Assembly: GCA_013115145.1 (NCBI GenBank)
Contig: JAAPAO010000239.1
Span: 1-48,746, forward strand
DNA length: 48,746 bases
Origin: Perkinsus chesapeaki ATCC PRA-425
Taxonomy: Eukaryota; Protista; Perkinsozoa
Direction: 5' to 3'
Shown: in pieces, positions 12,301 to 23,354 of the stretch
Layout: each line of letters opens with the position of its first letter
How positions within the stretch are numbered: position 1 is the first letter of the stretch
Position numbers and translations under genes: made by a program
The notes under the pieces: generated by a model
Told to the model about the DNA's origin: nothing
The model's input: only the letters and a program-made list of their open reading frames with translations
Database searches by the model: none

Positions 12301-12360
12301 TGGACTTTGTCTAACTCGAGAAGTTACATCTTATTGAGTGTCGAGAGCGCACCATGAAGC
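9321..12360 (-). CDS. cls: Bacterial-type (PLD superfamily) cardiolipin synthase, multi-exon; one expected exon absent in place
   Basis: Two HKD motifs: RDHRKILIADN-TGFCGSMNI and HMHAKYSSFDGVYSFLGSNNFDRYSTRRNLE; also ILILDACGGSDF, GVPVVVFNP, SVIVASAYFTPPG; exons join in phase from 12025 to the stop at 9321. The 12190-12360 part is a tentative N-terminus. Confidence 0.85.
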
Positions 12361-12582
12361 CTTCAACATCAAAGAGCATCATTCTGGGGCGTATATGTGA
12401 CGGAGAATGGAGTCCGCATTGCCCACATGCTACAAGACTGTATTGGATTCGTCCGTTAGTGAGTCACCTAGTGAACACCATGGTGCTCCTATCAGTAAAC
12501 AATCCGTGGAGGCTATGTCGCGGCCAATAACATAAAGAAGAAGGAGACTACAACGGCGACGTAAAGTTTACCGCCCGGAAGA

Positions 12583-12651
12583 GGCGAGCGATATTTCCAG
12601 TGAATTGCCGTCTCCATAATACATGTAATCAACGTCTCTTATTTGGTTATA
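12583..12651 (+). promoter_or_regulatory. Conserved 69-nt upstream leader of family copy 3
   Basis: Same sequence as 7542-7610. Confidence 0.6.
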
Positions 12652-13849
12652 ATGTTGTTATCATTCCTATTATGGTTATCTATTGGTGGACTGTATGATC
12701 TATCTTTAATGGCTTATGCTCTATCAAGTACTAATGATCATACCTATGCTAAACCCCGACTTGGACAGCATCAGCCACGCAGCCAGTTGGGCAATAGCCT
12801 ACCGATTGGACAGTATGAGGACCTCAACGGCGCTCTGAAGCTGCAAGTTACAAGGGGTAGTAGATGCCACCTCACGGCGCCTTCACTAGACCAATCGTAC
12901 GACTGGTCATTCACAGCCCAAGAAAGCTACGACGGCGGCCGATTCAAGTGCTACAGTGACCCTTCAACAGAGCAACGCCGCATACCATCCTCCAGTGAGC
13001 CCTAAAATTCCATTCCATCCGTGGCTGGTTCAAATATGTCACTCGACCGACGGGACAGTTTGGGTGCGTGGGGTTAACAAGGGAAGGATTGAACTAAGGC
13101 GGGTTGAGCAGGTAACTCGAACTGTCTCGAGCTTTCGTCCCGCACCTACCCGAACGAGGGCATTTTCTCCGAACCCCGATGGACCAGGCACGACATCGAT
13201 GCTTGCCCGTCTATTGGAGGGAAGTTCGAGTGGTTCGGAGAAAAGAGTTCAGCCACATACAGCTAAATCAAGGAAGAAGAAAGTAAAATCTGGTACGAAG
13301 AAACGATCCGATTTGGCTGGCAAAAGGCTTGGAGACGGAGAGGATCTGTTAGCCCGTGCCATGAGTGAAGCGGGTGTGAGTGAAGGGAGCTCCCCGAAAC
13401 ACGAGGAATCACCTGCACCGCCAGAACTCCGCCGTCTATCAGGAGGGTCTATTAGTGAAGCGAAAAGTGTGATCGATGGTGGTAAATCCCCCCAGCCCGG
13501 GAATGATATGACGGCTAACAGTGAGGGTGCCTCTGGTGACTCATCTCATGTGGGCAAGTTGGCTCATGCGAAACCTTCCAGCAGTCGCATCGATACAAAG
13601 AAAGATGAAGGGAGAGGCGATGGGGAGAGTAAAGTAGGCAGCCCTTCTGATAAGCTCGAGATACCGGAACTCGATAAAAAAGCGATAGAAGACTTAATAA
13701 GAGAATTGGAGGAGGAAGGTATCCTGGATGGCTCAGCTTCCCCTCCCAAGGTATCGAATGAGGGGATTAGTCCTCCTTCCGATGGTCCTCTATCACCAAT
13801 GCCTAGCTCGTACACTTTTGATGATATACTAAAAAGTTGGAATGACTAA
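12652..13849 (+). pseudogene. Secreted protein family, copy 3, frameshifted
   Basis: Two overlapping ORFs (to 13005; 12956-13849). Spacer between DPS and conserved F is 46 nt versus 63 nt in the other four copies, i.e. a 17-nt deletion. Could also be an assembly error. Confidence 0.75.
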
Positions 13850-14082
13850 TAATTGACGAACTGCTCATCTAGCTACCAATTAGTTGCATTGTTACTTTGC
13901 TGCTGCTGATGCTGCTATCGCATTATTGCATTCCATGTATTAATATGATGTTAATGTATTAAACACTATGTGTTGTTGTATATAGTTGCATAAATGCTCA
14001 ACAGCTGTACTATCGCGGAATTGGGGGATCAGAAATTCGGAATGAAATTGGAGTAATGGTTACTTTACGGACCACGGCTCAC

Positions 14083-14241
14083 CACATCCACTCCACGCTC
14101 CTTCGCTCTTATCAAGGATTCATAGAATCTCTTAGCCACATCCGAACCATCAAATATGTAGCTTTCCATCCATACTCGATCCTTGGCGGAATCGATAGCC
14201 TTCAGCATGACAGGAAAACACGTATCTCCTCCTTCTAGAAT
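14083..14241 (-). other. cls: Isolated intact cardiolipin synthase exon (53 codons)
   Basis: tttcag|ILEGGDTCFPVMLKAIDSAKDRVWMESYIFDGSDVAKRFYESLIRAKERGVDV|gtgagc: canonical pre-HKD segment of cls, phase 0 at both ends. Confidence 0.85.
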
Positions 14242-14581
14242 CTGAAAGATTCAAAAGCGTTGGAGCATGGCACCCACTTTCTAAGCTTTACAATTCTCTC
14301 GGAGGAGAGTAACATCCGAAAATATTCAGCGGAATTTCATGGAATTTCCCCAAAAAAATATTTTAACGTTTGGCGGTGAAACAGTAATACAAGTTGGGCG
14401 CCATTTTGATGCGGAAATAGATTTGATATCTTTCGGGAACGAAAGACTTTTGAGGTGAAACTTCTCGCACATCAAGATCGCATCAATAGCAATGTGAATA
14501 CTAATATAGGCTTTTACAAGTAATAGCCTATATTAAACGATATCACCATTCACAGATGATTATACCCTTATACTTGGGAAT

Positions 14582-15638
14582 TTATACCAACTTCCAGGGA
14601 GTGGTCCCTTGGGGGGCACTGTGCAGTATGTATTTATTATATGCCCAAACATTCACGGTCATTCCCGAACCCATGGCTCCTACCTGAACATCATTCCCGC
14701 TGGAGAACTTTCCATGCTTATGCATCGTATGAAGTATATCAGCCCATTTCTGCCGAGCACCATATATCTCATCATCAGTGTACGTCGGGCATGTCTGCCT
14801 ATTATATGCCTTACAGACGGCCTCAACTACTTCTCTTGCTGCCTCCGTCCCACAAGTCTTACTACCTGATGAATCCACCCGCATCTATGAACAGTTCCGG
14901 TTCGGAAAACTCCTCGCCGGAGAGTCAAAAATAAGACGACAAAGTAATTGATGATTTCGATCACTGCCTCTAACCGAAATGATACGCAAAGGGCGCCCAA
15001 AAGTTCGAAAGATCACACAAGAATCATTCTGCCGAAATATGGAGAGATTTCTTGCCTTTCAACCATCTACCATTCAAACTGTATGTAAAACAAGAAGTCT
15101 GCGAGCATCCTATATTTCCTTAAATGAATGCTCTGCTTCGGTGAGGATAAGGTGAGTAGATTTCTTAGAAAAAAGTAACCAAACTGGCCGATCAAGAAAA
15201 TTACGGAGACCAGGAGTAAATATGTTATACCGTGTTGAATATTCTCGTTGTTTGTTAAACGTCTATTCGTGATTGAAGAGGTACAACCCTCCGCCTCCAC
15301 TATGAAACCTGCATTATTACACTCCTTCGTTATGGTATCGAACTCAGCTTCCTTTTGCTTTATTCGTTTCTGCCCCAACGCCCATCGTTTATATTCTCCA
15401 ATCCTTTCGCGCAGTCTTGTAAAAACCATCAAGATAGGAGTGGGTTGGGAATAAAACACATTTCAACTGGTAAGAAAGAATGATAGCCTATCATTGATAG
15501 GAGAAATGAATAGAGTCTGTTCAACAGACTCAACAGATCTTCCGCTTCATTAAAATGTCTGTGAAGGCTAAAGAAATGCGTAAAAGTCTGTTCGAATGCA
15601 TGAAGATGACGAGGGAAATACAGCACATAACAATCCAA
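14582..15638 (-). CDS. Possible hypothetical gene or gene remnants
   Basis: Three minus-strand ORFs of 69-130 aa in series; no recognised motif, splicing unresolved. Confidence 0.3.
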
Positions 15639-15994
15639 TAATTAAATGAATTAGTTGAATCATTAACATACAGTATTATATAATCAATTGAATCAATAAT
15701 GTAATTCTATATAGGAATGAAAAGTCAATACCACTTTCACAACAAAAACCATTGGACGTATACGTATGCAGTCCAGACAATTTGATATCAAATGCCTCCA
15801 AGGTTGAATACTCGAAATATTAACCGAAAATTAACAAGACAGAATCCAAGACTAGTGTATGTTCCAAATTACGGATGGGATGTCGGCCGGTGGATTCCAA
15901 ACAGTTCATCTAACATTAACCCTTTGACGCATTTATCCCGATCCTCTACAACACAATAGGCGTAACAGAGAGAACAATTCAAAGTGTACATGCG

Positions 15995-16340
15995 TCAACG
16001 TAATGACCATTTCTCTTTGAGCCATTGAGAATATGAATCCACGATCGCATCAGTCCATCCTTTCCCACTCGTGCCGGTCTCCTCTCCTGGACAATCACTG
16101 AACTTATGGATCAGCTACCACTACAGTGCGGAAGGACACCATTACCTTCGATGAAATCTATTGACAATTCGTGAGTTTTATTTTTAACCTCAGCCTCTCC
16201 AAGAGGTGCGCCCAACTTCTCGTAAACGCCTTTCCGGAGGATCTTTGATGAAATTTCTTCAGATCCATCACTAATTTGGAATACACAGGATAACCATTTA
16301 CGACAGGTCGAACGAGGACTCGAGATAGTCGAATACGGTC
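15995..16340 (-). pseudogene. Partial duplicate of the 3' end of the 19025-22749 gene
   Basis: GWTDAIVDSYSQWLKEKWSLR* and VFQISDGSEEISSKILRKGVYEKLGAPLGEAE match 19025-19120 and 19500-19650, largely by synonymous changes; about 300 bp of intervening exons missing. Confidence 0.7.
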
Positions 16341-17189
16341 TAACATCATATTAATAGCTTGGTTAGCATTTGTGTTGGTCCGCATGGCGACTCGGGTTCA
16401 CATCTCAAACGTCGACTGTGGCGTTTTATAAACGTCACATCCAACCTGGCCAAATCTGGCGAGAGTTTCTAATGAGATGTTTCATTTGCATCTACCGACA
16501 TAGCGCGAAGATGTTCAAGTCACCCCTTGCGAAAGTTATGCCACCATAGTTATCCAATGTCAGTATTCTGAGCTAACTAACTCAGAACAACAAGGTAATG
16601 CACCTTGAAAAAGTTCCAGCTTCAGACATCTCACGCAGACTAGCTCGGAAAAGCTCTTACGAGCCCCAATGTGGCTTGCTGCCGCGAAGCCTTTTGCCAG
16701 CCAGCTTCAACGTCCCCAGGAGCTTTCAGAAGTTCCACATTGCACAGAGTCGCCAGTTTACGCTACGACCCCAGCCAGTAGGTTGGGAAGTCCCTCGTCC
16801 TCTTGCGCAGAATAGAAACCGCGTTTCCAACAACTTGTAACCTACTAGTTCAACAACTTGTGAACACTTTAGGACATCAATTTCGGACTAAACTTCGACA
16901 AACTAAGTTTGTCATCTGTAGGATTCGTGAGTCGCCCAAGGGGACCATACAAAAAAATACCAATTCTGCCAATTGTGCAATTGCGGAGCGAGCGGAGCTT
17001 ATTATCTGGAACTGGATCATTTCGCCGTGCGTGCGTGCGAATTATTTCTCGTTAACCAGAGCCAACTAGCTGATAGTCTATAGACGAAAAAGATTCCCCT
17101 TTATCTGGGGTTGCCTAGAGAATTAATAATTTTTTGAGAGCTACCCCGTGTGTCGAGTAAAAGCGCAAAAACACTTTTTGACGGAAAAA

Positions 17190-17260
17190 TGCAGCCTGTG
17201 GGATTCGAACCCACGACTTCTTCTCTTAATCGTTTCCGCGCGATTTGATCACTCGCTCGC
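17190..17260 (-). tRNA. tRNA-like 3' fragment (Leu-type T arm); pseudogene, not a complete tRNA
   Basis: GTCGTGGGTTCGAATCCCACAGGCTGCA: perfect T stem-loop, acceptor 3' strand, then TTTTT; no complementary 5' acceptor strand found. Confidence 0.4.
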
Positions 17261-17515
17261 ACCTCCAAAGCACTAGACGAGTGATGACGAACTAACAATG
17301 AGCAAACTAACAGCTGAGCGAGGTCCGCCACTTCGTCACGAAGGCCTAGTTTTAGCAGTACCAGGATTCTTTCGCGTAGTTGAAAGCTCGAAATTGTTGC
17401 CCTTATCCGCGGAATTGATGTCCCTATTCGCGAAGGTGATTTCCATATTCGTTAAGTTGGTGGCCTCAAGCGCGAAAAAGATTTCTGAAAGTTACAGAGC
17501 ATTCCGCCTTGAAGG

Positions 17516-17584
17516 GGCGAGCGATATTTCAAGTCAATTGCCGTCTCCATAATACATGTAATCAACGTCTCTTATTTGGTTATA
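17516..17584 (+). promoter_or_regulatory. Conserved 69-nt upstream leader of family copy 4
   Basis: Same sequence as 7542-7610 (tttcaag instead of tttccag). Confidence 0.6.
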
Positions 17585-18781
17585 ATGTTGTTATCATTCC
17601 TATTATGGTTATCTATTGGTGGACTGTATGATCTACCTTTAATATCTTATGCCCTATCAAGTACTAATGATAATACCCGCGCTAATCATTTCCTTGTTAA
17701 GCGAAAGGGAGGTACTCATTTAGGTGATACCTTGCCTGTTGGAACCTACGAATCTCGTGAACATCGCATGAAGTTAGTAATTGAGGAGAATAACATTTGT
17801 GTCGTGCATGTACGTATCCCACAAGGATGGTGTCTGGCTTACTTTGACGCGCGAGTGCGAGAGGAGTACGGCGGGTACAACTGTTACAAAGATCCATCAG
17901 AGATGCGGACAGTGGCACCAGCAGAACTTCGTATATTACTGGGCCTTCCCCACAATGAGGCCTTCACACCATCACTCGTAGCAATATATCATTCCACAAA
18001 TGGTGAGGTGTGGATAAGACGGCTAGACAGTAAAGTTATTCCCCTGACTTTACAGGAGCAGGTGCAAGAAGAACCCAAGCAACAGGCTAAAGGTGATAAC
18101 CCGACACCGTCGAAAGTACAGGAGAGGGCTGGGGAAAGAGGCCGTAGAAATCGACGCGGTATCACTCCGGGACGCACTACGGCTGTTAATAAGCAACAGG
18201 GGGTAAAGTCGACAGAGAGGACAAATGTAGAACAACCAAGTAGTAGCCTAGGAGATGGGGAGGACCTGTTAGCCCGTGCCATGCGTGAAGCGGGCTTGAA
18301 TGAGGAAGCCTCCTTGGAATACGGGGAATCACCTACACCACCCAAACACCGCCGCCTATGGGGAGGGAGTGAAGCGAAAAGCATGATCGATGGTGCTGCA
18401 TCACCGCAGCCCGGGGAAGATCCATCAAGGAATGATATGACGGCTAACAGTAAAGGTGCCTCTGGTGATTCATCTAATGTGAAGGAGTTAGATTATACAA
18501 AACCTTCCAGCAGCCGCACTACTATGGAGAAGGATGAAGATATCAAAGCTGAAGGAAGAGGAGATGTGAAAAGTAAAGCAAGCAGCCTTACTGATTGGCC
18601 GCAGTTCGATGGGACGGAGCTAGAAGACTTAATAAGAGAATTGGAGGAGGAAGCTGTGCCTGGTGATTCAACTGCTCCCGGCGGCAACACTGATGCGGAC
18701 AGCCCTTCGTACGATCATGACCTATTAATGCTAGATGAACCAACTTTGAATGAGTTATTCAACGCTTGGAAGGAGCATTAA
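17585..18781 (+). CDS. Secreted protein family, copy 4 (398 aa)
   Basis: Shared signal peptide, CYKDPS...F.PS...YHSTNGEVWI domain, RGRRNRR basic patch, LGDGEDLLARAM, tail EPTLNELFNAW. Confidence 0.85.
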   Translation: MLLSFLLWLSIGGLYDLPLISYALSSTNDNTRANHFLVKRKGGTHLGDTLPVGTYESREHRMKLVIEENNICVVHVRIPQGWCLAYFDARVREEYGGYNCYKDPSEMRTVAPAELRILLGLPHNEAFTPSLVAIYHSTNGEVWIRRLDSKVIPLTLQEQVQEEPKQQAKGDNPTPSKVQERAGERGRRNRRGITPGRTTAVNKQQGVKSTERTNVEQPSSSLGDGEDLLARAMREAGLNEEASLEYGESPTPPKHRRLWGGSEAKSMIDGAASPQPGEDPSRNDMTANSKGASGDSSNVKELDYTKPSSSRTTMEKDEDIKAEGRGDVKSKASSLTDWPQFDGTELEDLIRELEEEAVPGDSTAPGGNTDADSPSYDHDLLMLDEPTLNELFNAWKEH

Positions 18782-18845
18782 TTGTCGAGCTTAGCTGCTG
18801 ATGAGCCGATGATAGTTGTATGGTCCTTCAAGGATGATAATTGTA

Positions 18846-18940
18846 TAGCCACATCCGAACCATCAAATATGTAACTTTCCATCCATACTCGATTCTTGGC
18901 GGAATCGATACCCTTCAACATGACAGGGAAACACGTATCT
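18846..18940 (-). pseudogene. Truncated second copy of the cardiolipin synthase exon
   Basis: DTCFPVMLKGIDSAKNRVWMESYIFDGSDVA, homologous to 14133-14227, cut off on both sides. Confidence 0.8.
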
Positions 18941-19024
18941 AACATTAACCTCTTTACCAAATTTATTCCGATCTCGTATAACACAAGATATGAAACAGAG
19001 AAATCAATTCAAAGTGTACATGCG

Positions 19025-22000
19025 TCATCGTAATGACCATTTCTCTTTGAGCCGAGAATATGAATCCACGATCGCATCAGTCCATCCTTTCCGGCTCGTT
19101 TTGGTCTCCTCTAGTTCTTCAGTTGTGTCGTTTTTCACTAAAATGTAATCTCCTGCTACTTCGCCAGAGAATCTCTCAATCCACCAGGACAGGGCAGATA
19201 AGGACACCTGTCAACATTGCCGTATACCGGACGCGGCTTAGAGTGCGGTACAACTGCAGCGGGGATTCCACCAAGTTGAGGTTGAACCTCAAGCAAGCTT
19301 CCTCGAACGACAAAAAATGTTGCAGAGGTATAATAGGAGAAGTGTCAGGCAATCTTTCTTAGGGACAAGAGAAACGTATGGAAACGTTATTCACGGTGAA
19401 CTTTATGCTACCTTAGCCTCCTTCTGGACACTCTCCGAATTAGAAGGATCCGCTCGCACTACAGCGTGGAAAAATTCCATCACCTTCAATGGAATATATT
19501 GATTATTCGTGGGTTTTATTTTTAACCTCAGCCTCTCCAAGAGGTGCGCCTAACTTCTCATAAACGCCCTTCCGGAAGACCTTCGAGGTAATCTCTTCAC
19601 ATCCGTCACTTATTTGGAATACGCGCGATAACCATTTACGACAGGCAGGGGCATCGAAAGAGGACTCGAGATAGTCCAATACTGCCTAACAGTATACAAA
19701 CAGCTTTTCTTCAAACTCATATCAATAATAGCGGCTATACTCGTACAACGCTGAGCGCACAAGGGCTAGCATGTAATACTAAAATGATACGAGCTAAAAG
19801 AACATACAGTACGCGAATTTGATGCGCAGTGTCTACCAACAAGTTTAAAACCCTGAGTGTATAGAATTGATCAAGAAGAATGGTAATAGAGATCAGAGAC
19901 CTCCCGGTGGCGATTCCTGGAAACGTAGGGAACATGAAGGTCACTCGCGCTCCCTACGTGGGCTACGATTTATTATATTTTTTTGTGAGCTGCACGGGGG
20001 GGGCATGCGTCCTAACTCCGGTGGAGCTAGCTCGCATGCAACAGAGCAGAGAAGCGCACTATCTCTCTCTGTCAACCAACCCAATCCGCCGTGCTTCTTG
20101 AGTTGAATCAACTCAGTTGATGGCTAAGGCGTTGACTGATGAGGAAGTCCGAACTCTGTATCCCCCCCACGCGTGTCCGAGAAAATTGGTCGTGGAGCAA
20201 TTAACGAGATGCGCTGGTGGATTGATGAATGGGCGCTGGCGCATACCATAAGATTTTTGAACTCTCTCAGATCAAGACAGCCATCGCCGTCCACATCGAA
20301 AATGTCCACCCAATCGCTTAGGACCACCTAAATGACTGGGGCCGTGTGGTAGGCATGATGAACACACCACTCACTTCCGCATCTTCACGGTCGATGCCTT
20401 GGGCAATGATGGCTCGTCTGAGTTCGTCCTTCTGCAGACGTCCATTACGATCGATATCATACAACTTAAACACCAACTCAGTTACGCCAGGGACGTGCTA
20501 AATATATAAGGCTGTGATATCAATCCTGACGAGCCACTGTGCGATTGCACGATGAGCTGTCTCTGTACGGTCTTAGACAACACAGGGACAGCTCATTGTG
20601 CAATCGGTAGTGTGCTCATGTAGGTTCAAGAAGTAGCTTAGATAGATCCTATGCTGGTGTGTATCCATTCGTCCCAGTCAATTGGGCCCAATGAACATGT
20701 GCATTGCCTAACTATGTTATCGGATACCGTAGCTCTTAATCTATAGTATGCAGCAGACTGAAGCGGTATTTCACCTATCTCCGGAAAGCTGTCGCCAGAG
20801 TACATAGGAAGGAGTTGCCACAATAGCGAAGGATATAAAATGGAGATCAGAACTTAGTCGTGAAGCCCAGACGGGACAATCGTCACAATAAATATGCACG
20901 CACGATCTCACCAAGCGCCTCGACATCCTAGTAGATCTTCGCATTCTACTGGCCATCCTATCCACCGCCGATCGATGCTTTATAACGCTATCGAAGCTAA
21001 ACAGTAGAAAAATAAACTACAATTAACTCAGTTAGCCTGGCGAGGAGTGGCTCCCATTACAACAATATATCACAGTTGTCTAATAAGAACAAAACCTTGA
21101 AGGAGCAATGACCCCGATTTCTTTGCTATTTGTGATTCCCGCAGCTTTATAATGCCGGATAATAGAGAATAAACCTGCGGACTGTGGCCAAGTGAGGCTG
21201 GCCAAACTATCTTTTTATACAAAGATAGTCTGGCCCTCCGTGCAGTTCATTGTTATATTATTTAGTTGCTAATATAGTTGATATTATTAGATAATAGTAA
21301 ACATCTACTATATTAGACTAATAAATGCATCAACTATAAGAAATCAAAATCTTGCGTGATGCCGTTGTTTCAACTAACGCTAAATTTCTTCCCTGTGACA
21401 CTCTTCCTCATACCCTTACTCATCATCTGTCTTCGGTGAGGATTGCCCAGCCAGCTCAAAAAGACTATCTCGAGCCTTGTTTCTTTCTGGACTCGGTCTC
21501 CCTTCCAGCCGACTTGCAAGTATCGCATCTCGAGCTTCATCCAGCACAACCTTGTTCCTTAACGCCCGCAAGAGATGCAAAAACCGCAATCTGACTTGCA
21601 TCGCTCCGCTTGAAAGTGACGGTTGTTTCACCTTTTCACTCTCCATTCTTTCTCAACCGTTTCCGATATAATGTTCGCTCTCTTCATCAATTCTGTCGAT
21701 GTTGCTGGTGTAAAATAATACAAGAATCCAGGGACCTCGGAGAAAACACTCGGCAACAAGGCGTGTTCCGGGAGTTTCCTTGCAACTAGTTTACGCATAT
21801 CGATGAGATATCATGGGACGCGATGACGTGAATGCAGGATTGATTCCGGATTGCACAATTTTGTGCAATCTTCGGAGGCTACTCAACTCCAACAGAGTTC
21901 TGGAATCCCCAATACTAGCTATCGAGCACACTGCTTGAAAACGCCTCGCGCCGCAAGTCGCGGCCCGGCGGTAATTTAGCGAGAAAGAGTTAAACTGCAC

Positions 22001-22749
22001 TCGGCCTGCAGCTTTTCCGCTCTGAACAACTTGTAGAACGATCTGTCTTACCATCTTCCATATTTGGTGGCAAATGAGGACAATGGTGACAGCAGCGAAC
22101 ACATCCACCATGGCAAGTTCAGCACTATGATCCACGACTTCCCCGTCCGATTCTTCTCTGAGCGGAAAATGTGTCCCCGTGTAAACGTCTGGAAGAGCAT
22201 GCGAGCTTGATCACTCACTTCCACTGAATACCTCTTAACAGCCAAAGATTTTCTTTATTTTTCTTCGACATTTTCAATTCTTGCTCTCCAAAACAAATTA
22301 TAGCATTGAGATTCTTATCTAACTGCTCCTACCTCAGAGGGGTAGAAATCGTATCAGGATATTAGTCGCACCCCAGCCTTCCGTCGCAGAAAATGTGAAC
22401 TTTGTGGCCATTCCCAACTGCCATGAAAAGCAGCAGCCTGTTAACTTTCACGGAATCACAATCATATAGACAATTAAACGAACGGCGCTCTCCGCGCTCT
22501 CGGCATCTCCAAAACCCGAAACCCGGTAGACGAGAGCACTTACTCCAGGTAAAGCTGGCCGTTGAATCCGAGGAATAAAACTCGAATGATAAGCGACAGG
22601 ATCACGGCATCAAGTAGAAGGATTAGCTGCAGAACCCCGAAAACAAAACTCTGAAATGGGCAGAGATAGATTACGCTCGCCAAGAATGGAATATCAAGAA
22701 TGTGTTTAAAGTCCGCCAGTGGCGGTAAAGTCGATGGTCGCAAGTTCAA
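19025..22749 (-). CDS. Multi-exon EF-hand-containing protein with hydrophobic N-terminus (may be two genes)
   Basis: EF-hand loops KLYDIDRNGRLQKDELRRAI (~20390-20470) and DIFDVDGDGCLDLREFKNLM (~20250-20320); exon-like ORFs with gtaag donors at 22540, 22048 and 21416; last exon ends KEKWSLR*. Confidence 0.5.
20531..20617. repeat. Inverted repeat / long hairpin, 25-bp arms, 15-nt loop
   Basis: 20542-20566 cgattgcacgatgagctgtctctgt pairs with 20582-20606 acagggacagctcattgtgcaatcg (23 Watson-Crick + 2 G-T pairs on +). Confidence 0.85.
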
Positions 22750-22855
22750 ACGTACGTTCTTGCAAGCGCTGTTCCGACCAATCTATTTCAAGGCGTAATA
22801 CCTTTGCAGATTACCGAGTGTTATACGTTGGTCAAACGAGAATTCGTATGGCCCA

Positions 22856-23013
22856 TACTAATGACCATACTGTAGGTAACACAGTATGTATACTCCGAAC
22901 TGTACTAATGACCATACTGTAGGTAACACGGTATGTATACTCCGAACTGTACTAATGACCATACTGTAGGTAACACGGTATGTATACTCCGAACTGTACT
23001 AATGACCATACTG
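22856..23013. repeat. 47-bp tandem repeat, about 3.3 copies
   Basis: tactaatgaccatactgtaggtaacac(a/g)gtatgtatactccgaactg at 22856, 22903, 22950 and partial at 22997. Confidence 0.95.
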
Positions 23014-23285
23014 CACGGGAAAGCCGCGAGTGAGCGACGCCATGATGGCGTATTCTCTGCTGGACGGCCTACGGAATTTCATCCCAGCCTTGAGTAAATC
23101 CGGTTTCCTTTTTACTTAGCGAGAAACAGCCCGGTTACGCCAAGCATGAATTACGAACTCCTCTCAGCCTCGGTGCTGTCACTGGATGGACACCATAAAG
23201 GCGAGGTACGATTATACGCACTGTGCGTAACGCACAAGCGTGGGGAGAATTCTACATCGCGATGTAACATTTTCCGCCTTGACGA

Positions 23286-23354
23286 GGCGAGCGATATTTC
23301 CAGTCAATTGCCGTCTCCATAATACATGTAATCAACGTCTCTTATTTGGTTATA
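23286..23354 (+). promoter_or_regulatory. Conserved 69-nt upstream leader of family copy 5
   Basis: Same sequence as 7542-7610. Confidence 0.6.

Noticed and set aside
12652-13849. Retroposed origin of the intronless family with a spliced-leader relic
   Set aside because: No SL-like sequence or poly(A) tract and no target duplications around any copy.
14228-15907. Transposon insertion with ATCT target duplication
   Set aside because: The left flank continues as genuine cls exon and no terminal repeats were seen; better explained as a deletion in the other unit.
16400-17100. Plus-strand ORFs 16598-16840 and 16803-17069
   Set aside because: No motif; more likely decayed minus-strand duplicate sequence.
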